A stretch of 50,845 nt of DNA, taken from the NCBI GenBank assembly GCA_050050615.1, contig JASFTV010000001.1:1-50845 (forward strand), read 5' to 3'. The notes under the pieces were generated by a model, which made no database searches, had not been told where the DNA came from, and was given only the letters and a program-made list of their open reading frames with translations. Source of the stretch: Desulfobacteraceae bacterium. Lineage in GTDB: Bacteria > Desulfobacterota > DSM-4660 > Desulfatiglandales > HGW-15. Position numbers and translations under genes: made by a program. Positions 24,606-32,399 of the stretch are shown here, one piece after another. Position 1 is the first letter of the stretch, and each line of letters opens with the position of its first letter.

Positions 24606-25661
24606 TCAATTTGTAAACTCGATCGGTTCTTCTCGGTCATGCCGCGATTCCACCTGCCCAATATGATAGGCTGTTTCACCCACGGCTTTCAAGCGCAAAA
24701 GCACCTCGTCAGTCTCTGCCTCATTGACGACAATCACCAACCCTAGGCCGGTATTGAACGTCCGCATCATTTCCTTTGAGGAGATTTTTCCTGCCTTCTG
24801 GAGATATTTGAATATGGGGGGTGGCGTCCAACTTGAGGTGTTTACAATGACTTTACATTGCTTGGGCAGGATGCGTGGCAGGTTATCGATAAGTCCCCCA
24901 CCGGTTATGTGCGCAATGCCATAGATACGAAAATCGCGTCGAGTGTTTTTTATGGCTCTCCTGTAAATACGCGTGGGCTCCAGGAGTTCCTCCCCCAGGG
25001 TGCGTCCAAATTCCTCCACATGATCATGGACGGACATCTTCAATTGCTCAAAAAAGATTTTTCGAGCAAGGGAAAATCCATTGCTGTGAAGACCGCTCGA
25101 GGCGATACCGATCAACTGTTGTCCAACAGCAATTTCGGAGCCATCAAGAAGCTGGTCGTTATCCGCCAGTCCCACAACGAATCCCGCTAAGTCATATTCT
25201 CCTTCACCGTAGAAGCCCGGCATTTCCGCTGTTTCACCGCCAATGAGAGAGCAATCCGCCTCATTACAACCAGCGACAACCCCTTTGACAACCTGAACAG
25301 CCTTTTCAACATCCAGTTTTCCCATGGCAATATAGTCCAGCATGAAGAGGGGGATAGCCCCTTGAACCATAATGTCATTGACACACATGGCGACAAGATC
25401 AATGCCTACGGTATCATGTTTATCTAGCATAAAGGCGATCTTTAGTTTCGTTCCTACGCCATCGGTTGACGCCACCAACACGGGATTTTTGACATGCTCG
25501 ATATTGAGTGAGAAAAGGCCAGCGAAAGCGCCTATGTCCGTGATGACGCCTGATTTGAAGGTCTTGGTGACAAGGGGCGCAATTTGTTTTACAAACCTAT
25601 TGCCAGCATCGATATCAACGCCAGCCTCTGCATACCGGTCTTTTTTCTTCTTTTTGGTCAT
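24606..25661 (-). CDS. purM: Phosphoribosylformylglycinamidine cyclo-ligase (AIR synthetase)
   Basis: Track ORF 24606-25721. ATG 25661 gives MTKKKKKDRYAEAGVDIDAGN, matching PurM N-termini. STDGVGTK is also present. Confidence 0.92.
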   Translation of the reverse strand: MTKKKKKDRYAEAGVDIDAGNRFVKQIAPLVTKTFKSGVITDIGAFAGLFSLNIEHVKNPVLVASTDGVGTKLKIAFMLDKHDTVGIDLVAMCVNDIMVQGAIPLFMLDYIAMGKLDVEKAVQVVKGVVAGCNEADCSLIGGETAEMPGFYGEGEYDLAGFVVGLADNDQLLDGSEIAVGQQLIGIASSGLHSNGFSLARKIFFEQLKMSVHDHVEEFGRTLGEELLEPTRIYRRAIKNTRRDFRIYGIAHITGGGLIDNLPRILPKQCKVIVNTSSWTPPPIFKYLQKAGKISSKEMMRTFNTGLGLVIVVNEAETDEVLLRLKAVGETAYHIGQVESRHDREEPIEFTN

Positions 25662-25791
25662 AATCTCAAATCTTCGTAACATTCTAGCCTTATGAAACAG
25701 CTCGGTGATCAGATCGGCCAAGGAATTTTCATAGGGCTAAATGGTTACAAATCTTCCAAATGCACACAAAAGGTAGCCTTACACTCTTCAC

Positions 25792-25821
25792 CATATAGCT
25801 TTGTTCGGAAGGCACTGTCAA
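25792..25821 (-). promoter_or_regulatory. Candidate sigma-70 promoter for purM
   Basis: On the minus strand: TTGACA (25821-25816), an 18-nt spacer, then TATATG (25797-25792). Motif match only. Confidence 0.3.
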
Positions 25822-26110
25822 CGGTTTTCTAAGTCATGAGCACAGGATAAGGCGTATCACCGGATGGGGGCTTTAACGGGTCCGCGGGCTCTCTTCTTGA
25901 GCAACCTGTTTGCAGGGTCCCCTGGTATTGGATCTCCATCGCCAATGTGCACCAGAAAGGTCTCCTTTTGGGGCTCCCATAATTTTATGAACTCGACAGC
26001 CCTCTGGAAGCTCATATGGTTGGGTGTGTTTACAACGGGCTCGTTCAACCAAAAGGAGTGTATGATCAGGTAGTGGGGTTGGAACAATTCCTGTGGATGG
26101 TCATGACATC

Positions 26111-27283
26111 TCAGAGCTTGATTTGACGCAGGTAATCTCCTAGGTTCGCCATCACATAGTTGATCGTTTCAGTATCCTTATGGTGGTTTTCGATTGCGTG
26201 CAACATGTTCATCATGTCTCCGATGGTCTTTTCAGCGAGGGCTTTTCCAAGAACCTTTTTCATGCTCATGATCAGCAAATAGAGTAGCTTATTGAAAGAG
26301 GCGTAAAGCACCAATCTTCCGTCAGCCCTTCTATACTGCTCAGCAAAGCGTTTGGAAATGTCCTTTGCTGTAACTCGATCGTTTCGCGTGGGAAGGTCCA
26401 GATCATGCAAGAGCGCTTTGCTCTTGCCGGTTAGTTGAGCCTTGCATTTCCTGAAAGTATTGTGAAACCGCTTTCCAATGTGTTTTCGAAAGCGGGCGGC
26501 AATGATGTTCAAAAGGCCGAGATAGAGATTGATGATCTCAACGTAATGAATCTGATTTTCATCTTTTGGGTGTGATAAGGAGGAGATCTCAGCGAGACCA
26601 AAACAGATGAGGATATAGAGGCTTCTATAGACAATCCCCGGAGTGAGGCCGGAGGCGTTAACGATCTCTTTCACCGTTTTTTCTCCATCAATTGATGAAA
26701 GAATTGCCTTTTCAGAAGTGGTTAAAGGGATATCGGGCTTCAACCCTCCCGCCTCCGGGCAGCAGAGAAAGATAGCGTCATCGCCGGGAATAGCTTTCTT
26801 GAAGTGTGCCGCGCCTTTCATGCCCCTGATGGTTGCGAGAAGCAACTGGATCATATCACGATCAATGAAATTCACCGGAAGGACGCCAAGTTCGGATTGG
26901 CTGAAGCTCACGTCAGGGGTATCCATCCTAAGGGCAGCAGCCAGTATGGTCTTTACCTTGATCTCCAGGAACTTGCGCCAAGCGGATTCGGAAATGAGTT
27001 TCCGCTTGATGAGGGCCTTGCCAAAGGACTGGGGGTCCTTTTCCCTCAATCTCTTGAGTGCCTTGAGTCTTTCTGGATCCAATGCCTTTTTGGAGGCGAT
27101 CTCTTGCAGCAATTGGCTCTCCTTGTCAATCCCTTCGGCATAGACAATCCGGCCGCCCTTCAGATAGAACTTTAGGGTGTGCCCAGCGTCTTGGAGGGTG
27201 ACAATCCCGGTCATGTCGTTGCAGTGGAGGCTCAAGAGGAGACTGGCAAGAGAACCATTTCTTTCATCAAAGTTATCGTTCAT
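26111..27283 (-). CDS. DUF4388 (PATAN-like) domain protein
   Basis: 390 aa. The N-terminal GSLASLLLSLHCNDMTGIVTLQD...KFYLKGGRIVYAEG resembles the DUF4388 signature as I recall it. Confidence 0.55.
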   Translation of the reverse strand: MNDNFDERNGSLASLLLSLHCNDMTGIVTLQDAGHTLKFYLKGGRIVYAEGIDKESQLLQEIASKKALDPERLKALKRLREKDPQSFGKALIKRKLISESAWRKFLEIKVKTILAAALRMDTPDVSFSQSELGVLPVNFIDRDMIQLLLATIRGMKGAAHFKKAIPGDDAIFLCCPEAGGLKPDIPLTTSEKAILSSIDGEKTVKEIVNASGLTPGIVYRSLYILICFGLAEISSLSHPKDENQIHYVEIINLYLGLLNIIAARFRKHIGKRFHNTFRKCKAQLTGKSKALLHDLDLPTRNDRVTAKDISKRFAEQYRRADGRLVLYASFNKLLYLLIMSMKKVLGKALAEKTIGDMMNMLHAIENHHKDTETINYVMANLGDYLRQIKL

Positions 27284-27493
27284 AAGAACCCAACGTTGCT
27301 GTAAGAAAGTTTAAGGATTCATTCAACCCATCCAAACCCAGAAGCCCATCAAGACAGACGGTTTTCTAGCAGGAAACCCGGCTGCTTACAAGGGCAAAAT
27401 GGGTTTTGGAAAATGGATTGGGAGAATGGTGGTTGTTTCATGATCACGGACCTTCACCCAAGTCGCGGCATAGCGGGGCCAGGCCATGAAAGG

Positions 27494-28465
27494 TCAGAGT
27501 CGGATCAGCACTTTCAAAAGCAGATCCCCCTTCTCCTTCCCATGCATCTGTTTTCCTAGGCCAGCAAGACGCAGTATGGTGCCCTCTTTCACCCCGGGAG
27601 GAACACTCACACGAAATATTCGGCTCCGGAAACCCCACGGTACATTGACCAACTTGCGCGTCCCAAACTGCGCCTCTCGGGGGTTGACGACAATGTTGCC
27701 GTGGATATGGGGATCATTTGGTGTGCCAAAGGTCGGTATGACCTGGAGGCGAGGTGTTGTCCTTTTGGATGTGGCCGGACGCAATTTACGGGTCATCCCG
27801 AATTCAGGAACTTTCAGCAAAAGTTTCAAGAAGATGATACCAGAGATGAAACCCCCCACGTGGGCCCACCAGGCGATGCCCCCCATCTGACCGGTTGATC
27901 CCGCAGCGCTCAAGAATTGGATGGCAAACCATATCCCGAGAAAGAAAAACGCGGGAACTTCAATGAAATAGGGAATAAAAAATATGGGAATCAATGTAAG
28001 GATTTTCGAGCGGGGGTATAAGATGAGATAGGCTCCCATGACGCCGGCAATGGCGCCGCTAGCACCGATCGTGGGGATTTGGGAGTGCCAGTTGGTGAAG
28101 AGATGGAAGAGGCCGGAAGCCCAGCCACACAAGAGGTAAAAAAGCAGGTATCTTAAAGGCCCCAGACGATCTTCCACATTGTCCCCAAAGATATAGAGAG
28201 ACCACATATTCCCCAAAAGATGCCAGAAGCCGCCGTGAAGGAACATAAATGAAACAAAGGCGAAGACCTGTTGAGGGAAGGAAAAGAACGCCCCGATTTC
28301 CGGTATCGAGTATCGTGCAGGAACAAGGCCATAGGTCAAGATGAATTGGGTCTGTCTCGGGCCCTGCATGATTTGCACGAAAAAGAGCAACACATTCAGG
28401 CCAATAAGAAGGGTGTTGACGATAGGGTAGTTCCTAACCTGGGTTGTATCTCGAAGGGGTATCAT
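27494..28465 (-). CDS. Rhomboid-family intramembrane serine protease with DnaJ-C-terminal-like tail
   Basis: 323 aa. Rhomboid motifs are HGGFWHLLGNM and GASGAIAGVMGAY. The C-terminal ~70 aa read FRVSVPPGVKEGTILRLAGLGKQ...GDLLLKVLI, like a DnaJ/CbpA C-terminal domain. Confidence 0.8.
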   Translation of the reverse strand: MIPLRDTTQVRNYPIVNTLLIGLNVLLFFVQIMQGPRQTQFILTYGLVPARYSIPEIGAFFSFPQQVFAFVSFMFLHGGFWHLLGNMWSLYIFGDNVEDRLGPLRYLLFYLLCGWASGLFHLFTNWHSQIPTIGASGAIAGVMGAYLILYPRSKILTLIPIFFIPYFIEVPAFFFLGIWFAIQFLSAAGSTGQMGGIAWWAHVGGFISGIIFLKLLLKVPEFGMTRKLRPATSKRTTPRLQVIPTFGTPNDPHIHGNIVVNPREAQFGTRKLVNVPWGFRSRIFRVSVPPGVKEGTILRLAGLGKQMHGKEKGDLLLKVLIRL

Positions 28466-28589
28466 GGCGAGCGGAAAGCGTCCTCTTTCTCCTATCTCAT
28501 AAACTTTAACACTGAAAGACGACTATTTGAAAGATAATTCATCCCGGGTCGATCTGTTTTGTGCCTGAGCGCGTCTCTTTCCTTCGAGG

Positions 28590-28604
28590 CTATCAAAATG
28601 ATAG
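28590..28604. promoter_or_regulatory. Perfect palindrome CTATCAAAATGATAG (third copy of the CTATCA-N3-TGATAG operator)
   Basis: It has the same 6-bp arms and 3-nt spacer as the sites at 30430 and 30462. It lies in the divergent region between the rhomboid gene and the NtrC-like gene. Confidence 0.5.
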
Positions 28605-28681
28605 TGTTTCATGTTGAAAACTGCGCAGTTTTATTGATAAAATAATAACCTTGGGTTCTTGACCCAGCACGATACATCTCA

Positions 28682-28827
28682 CTCGCCTTCGCCAGGATGC
28701 CCCGTGCGGAAGCACGGGGAGGAATGGCGAAAGGCGACCGCGGCGTAGCCCGCAGGGCGAAGCCGGGTGGCTTCGGTGTAGTTCCGCTTGGCTTTGCCAT
28801 AGATGCCCCGCGCGGAAGCGCGGGGAG
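28682..28827. repeat. Pair of related GC-rich hairpins about 106 nt apart
   Basis: The hairpins are CCCCGTGC-GGAA-GCACGGGG (28700-28719) and CCCCGCGC-GGAA-GCGCGGGG (28806-28825). Both are preceded by GCCA.(A/G)GATG. The first is embedded in a longer stem, TCGCCTTCGCC / GGCGAAAGGCGA. Confidence 0.65.
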
Positions 28828-29026
28828 CTTCACTAAGGGGAGCACAAAATTGTTTACAGAGCGAGAAGTTCGCTGTGCCATCCAGGTTCATGAAGTCTTT
28901 TCTGACCTGAGTGGTGAAATGACCAGCCCGTGAGACGGGGAACAAAAAAGAAGAGCTCATGATCCGGGCTCATGACCATGACAACTATTTTATGCTCCTC
29001 CTAGTAACCCTTTGAGGTAAGCTCCC

Positions 29027-30397
29027 ATGGCGGGTACGAGCAAGCCGAAATTTTCACTGCTGTTCGTAGATGACGACCCTGCAATCCTCTCTTCACTGAA
29101 GAGAGTTTTCTTCGAAGAGGACTATCAACTCCACGCGGCAGAGAGTGCGCAGGATGCCCTTGAGCTTTTGAGCCAGACGGTGGTCGATGCCGCCCTCGTT
29201 GATCTCAAGATGCCGGGAATGGATGGTATGACGCTTCTAAAGGTCATGAGGGCCGACTATCCAGATATCATGGTGATGATGCTGACAGGGCATGGGGGCA
29301 TCAAGGAGGCGGTGGAGGCGATCAAGCTGGGGGCCATTGATTTTTTGGAAAAGCCTGTTTCACCGGAGGGATTGCGAACGCGTTTGGCCCAACTTCACAG
29401 GTTATGGGAGCTGAGAGAGGAAAATCGGGACCTCAGGTCTCAAATAGACTCTCAGTTCGGGTTTGACCGGTTGGTGGGAAATTCACCCGTTATGGCGAAA
29501 CTGAAGCAAACCATAGCCAACCTGGGGCCCACCGATGTTTCCATTCTGATTCAGGGGGAAACAGGAACCGGCAAGGAGTTGGTGGCGAGGGCCATACACG
29601 ACCAAAGTCACAGATCTGAATATCACTTCGTTCCGGTCGATTGTGCGGCTATCAGCGAAACCGTCATGGAGAGTGAGCTTTTCGGCCACGTCAGGGGGGC
29701 TTTCACGGGCGCCCATGTCTCTACCCTTGGATTGATTCGGTCTGCTCATGAGGGAACGCTTTTTCTCGATGAGGTGGGTGAACTCTCTTCTGCGATTCAA
29801 GCAAAGTTATTGAGAACCATCCAGGAAAAGGAAGTCAGGCCGGTGGGCAGTAACAAGAGCTATGAGGTCGATGTTCGGATCCTTGCGGCGACCAATCTTG
29901 ACCTTTCGAGGGAGGTATCTCTCGGGAATTTCCGTGAGGATCTTTTCTATAGACTGAACGTGGTCGCCATCCACGTCCATCCTTTGAGAGAGCGAAAAGA
30001 GGATATTCCTATTCTGGCCAGGCACTTCCTAGAGAGGTTCCGTGGCGATTCTTCGCGGAAAAATGAGCTGAGCATAGAGGCCCTCATCTGCCTGGAAGGC
30101 TATGACTGGCCCGGAAACATCCGCGAACTGGAAAATGTCATAAGGCGAGCTATGGCTCTGGGAAAAGATGAGACCATACGCCCTGAAGACCTTCCCCCGA
30201 ATATATCCGCCCTCACTGAGAAAGCTCTCAAAAGGCGTGATCGTCCCCCGGACGATAGTCTGGCTGCTTATGAAAAAGCGGCCATACAAAACGCGCTGGC
30301 AAAGGCTGACCGAAATCGCAAGAAGGCTGCACAGATTCTCGGCATTGGTGAGGCGACCCTCTACCGGAAGATAAAAAAATATCGCTCCGAGGTCTGA
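29027..30397 (+). CDS. Sigma-54-dependent response regulator (NtrC family: REC + AAA+ + Fis-type HTH)
   Basis: 456 aa with DLKMPGMDG in the receiver, GETGTGKE Walker A, the GAFTGA sigma-54 contact loop, and the C-terminal AAQILGIGEATLYRKIKKY. Confidence 0.92.
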   Translation: MAGTSKPKFSLLFVDDDPAILSSLKRVFFEEDYQLHAAESAQDALELLSQTVVDAALVDLKMPGMDGMTLLKVMRADYPDIMVMMLTGHGGIKEAVEAIKLGAIDFLEKPVSPEGLRTRLAQLHRLWELREENRDLRSQIDSQFGFDRLVGNSPVMAKLKQTIANLGPTDVSILIQGETGTGKELVARAIHDQSHRSEYHFVPVDCAAISETVMESELFGHVRGAFTGAHVSTLGLIRSAHEGTLFLDEVGELSSAIQAKLLRTIQEKEVRPVGSNKSYEVDVRILAATNLDLSREVSLGNFREDLFYRLNVVAIHVHPLRERKEDIPILARHFLERFRGDSSRKNELSIEALICLEGYDWPGNIRELENVIRRAMALGKDETIRPEDLPPNISALTEKALKRRDRPPDDSLAAYEKAAIQNALAKADRNRKKAAQILGIGEATLYRKIKKYRSEV

Positions 30398-30429
30398 CCT
30401 GTCCTATGTCGTCCCTCTCTATGGTTCTG

Positions 30430-30476
30430 CTATCAAACTGATAGACCCGAAACACGCCCTCCTATCAATTTGATAG
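30430..30476. promoter_or_regulatory. Tandem enhancer-like palindromes (UAS) for a bacterial enhancer-binding protein
   Basis: The sites are CTATCAAACTGATAG (30430-30444) and CTATCAATTTGATAG (30462-30476), 32 nt centre to centre. They lie 75-120 nt upstream of the sigma-54 promoter motif. Confidence 0.6.
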
Positions 30477-30549
30477 AAGAGGCCATTCGCAATTCTCCCT
30501 TCATATAATTTCCCTAATGAAAGCAAAAAGATAGGGGCATGCTGCCTTT

Positions 30550-30565
30550 TGGCACGGGTTTCGCT
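30550..30565 (+). promoter_or_regulatory. Sigma-54 (-24/-12) promoter candidate
   Basis: TGGCACGGGTTTCGCT compared with the consensus TGGCAC-N5-TTGC. The GG (30551-30552) and GC (30563-30564) have correct spacing, with one mismatch in the -12 box. Confidence 0.6.
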
Positions 30566-30706
30566 ATAAGCCATGGGTAAGAAGCCGGAAATCCCTGTTA
30601 CCGGGATGATACCCAAGGTCTCAGGCGCACAAGGCGAGCTTTCGCTGAATTCGTTCGGTCAAAAGCAAATGGGTGGCCGGGCTGTTCTGGAAAGGGAATC
30701 AGAGAG

Positions 30707-31111
30707 ATGCAAACAAGGGAGAGGTCAGGACAGCGGACTGTTCTGTTGCTCGGGAAGCGAAATAGGAAGGTGCAAGATTTGGAACGCCTTTTGACCGAGC
30801 AATCCTGGCGTGTCCATTTGGCTTCGAATGCAGAGGATGCCCTTGGGTTGATCAGGAATGCAGATTTCGACATCATCCTGGTGGGTGATGCCATGGCCTA
30901 TGTGATGAGGGGTGGTTTTTTCAAAGCGTTGAGGACCCTATGTCCGGATGCCAAGCTAATGTGTTTGGCCGATGAGATTACGGAGGAGATGGAGATGGTC
31001 ATGCGGAGCGGGGGTTTGGTTTTCTTGGGCTCTTATCGCCAATTTGAAGAGTTCCACCAGGAGATTCTTCAATCAGCCCTGAGATCCAGGAAAGGAGCGA
31101 TTAATGCATAA
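30707..31111 (+). CDS. Receiver-like protein lacking the canonical acidic pocket (pseudo-receiver)
   Basis: 134 aa. TVLLLGKRNR replaces the DD pair. DIILVGD sits at the beta3 position and no conserved beta5 Lys is evident. The start is less certain. Confidence 0.55.
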   Translation: MQTRERSGQRTVLLLGKRNRKVQDLERLLTEQSWRVHLASNAEDALGLIRNADFDIILVGDAMAYVMRGGFFKALRTLCPDAKLMCLADEITEEMEMVMRSGGLVFLGSYRQFEEFHQEILQSALRSRKGAINA

Positions 31112-32267
31112 GTTGATTGGTGCAGGGCAGCGTGATTCAGAGGCACAACAGAAAAGGGGGCAAAACATGCCGAGTGGCGTTGTGTCGGAGCCGTCCGGCA
31201 CCGTTCTGTTTGTAGACGATGAGCCCCACATTCTGAAGGCACTGGGTCGCCTTTTCATGGATGAACCCTACCGGATCTATACGTTCACCAATCCTTCGGA
31301 GGCCTTGGAGGCATTAGCGCAAACCGAAGCGAGTGTCGTGGTTTCGGATCACCGGATGCCCGAAATGGAAGGGATTACCTTTCTGGAGAAGGTCGGGGAG
31401 ATATGGCCCGACACGGTGCGCATCATCATGACAGGCTTCGGGGATCTTGAGATTGCAACAGCAGCGATCAACAAAGGAGGGATATACCGTTTCATCAACA
31501 AGCCCTGGGATGATAGGGAGTTAAAACTGGTCGTGAAAACGGCTGTCGATCGGCATACGCTTTTGCGGGAAAACAAGAGACTCCTGGCGCTGACGAAAAA
31601 ACAAAACGAAGAACTGGCGCTATTGAACCAGAACCTTGAAAAAAAGGTTGAAGAACGAACAAGAGCATTGAAGCAAAACGAGAGAAAACTGGAAGAGGCC
31701 TTGGTGGATACGATCCGGGCCATGGCCATGACGGTTGAGAGAAGAGATCCGTACACAGCAGGCCATCAAAGCCGCGTGGCTGATCTGGCAGGAGCGATAG
31801 CCTCTGAGATGGCGCTTCCGAAGGCGCGAAGGGATGGGATCCGAATGGCGGGGATGATTCACGACATAGGCAAGATCTCTGCGCCTTCCGACATTCTAAG
31901 TAAGCCGGGTGTATTGAACGAGCACGAATTGGGTCTCATCAAAACCCACCCGCAAGTCGGCTATGACATATTAGAGAAAATAGCATTTCCATGGCCGGTC
32001 GCCCAGATCGTGCTTCAACATCATGAGAGAATGGATAGTTCAGGATACCCGCAGGGTCTTTCGGGCAATGCGATCATCCTAGAGGCAAGAATCATAGCGA
32101 TCGCGGATGTGGTGGAGGCGATGGCCTCCCATCGCCCTTACCGACCGGCGCTTGGCATGGATAAGGCACTCAATGAAATTTCAGCGAATAGAGGAATCCT
32201 CTACGATAAAGAGGTCGTGGACGCCTGTTTAAAACTTTTTAGAGAGAAAGGTTTTGAATTCACATAG
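31104..32267 (+). CDS. Response regulator with HD-GYP phosphodiesterase domain (RpfG-like)
   Basis: 387 aa. ATG 31104 follows AAGGAG and overlaps the upstream stop (ATGCATAA). The receiver has VVSDHRMPEMEG and FINKPW. The HD-GYP part has HQSRVA, IHDIGK and HHERMDSSGYPQGL. An alternative start is 31167. Confidence 0.88.
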   Translation: MHKLIGAGQRDSEAQQKRGQNMPSGVVSEPSGTVLFVDDEPHILKALGRLFMDEPYRIYTFTNPSEALEALAQTEASVVVSDHRMPEMEGITFLEKVGEIWPDTVRIIMTGFGDLEIATAAINKGGIYRFINKPWDDRELKLVVKTAVDRHTLLRENKRLLALTKKQNEELALLNQNLEKKVEERTRALKQNERKLEEALVDTIRAMAMTVERRDPYTAGHQSRVADLAGAIASEMALPKARRDGIRMAGMIHDIGKISAPSDILSKPGVLNEHELGLIKTHPQVGYDILEKIAFPWPVAQIVLQHHERMDSSGYPQGLSGNAIILEARIIAIADVVEAMASHRPYRPALGMDKALNEISANRGILYDKEVVDACLKLFREKGFEFT

Positions 32268-32399
32268 TTCCTTAGAACCGCTCCGCCGGCCTCACCCGGG
32301 ACCAAATGCCGGGTCCCTGGCATCGGCCTTTTCGTTTTTAAGAAGAGATCCCCATGACCCAGGGAAACCAGCAAACCGTTTTTGGACAAGGGAGAGATC

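Noticed and set aside
28609-28960. Track ORFs in the 28.6-28.96 kb region, and the idea that the two GGAA-loop hairpins are a mini CRISPR array
   Set aside because: There are only two repeat units, about 106 nt apart, and no cas genes. The ORFs are mirror translations of hairpin DNA (..PRASARG.. on both strands).
30573-30794. 73-aa ORF starting right at the predicted sigma-54 transcription start
   Set aside because: It would be essentially leaderless, it has an odd composition, and it overlaps the better-supported receiver-like gene frame.
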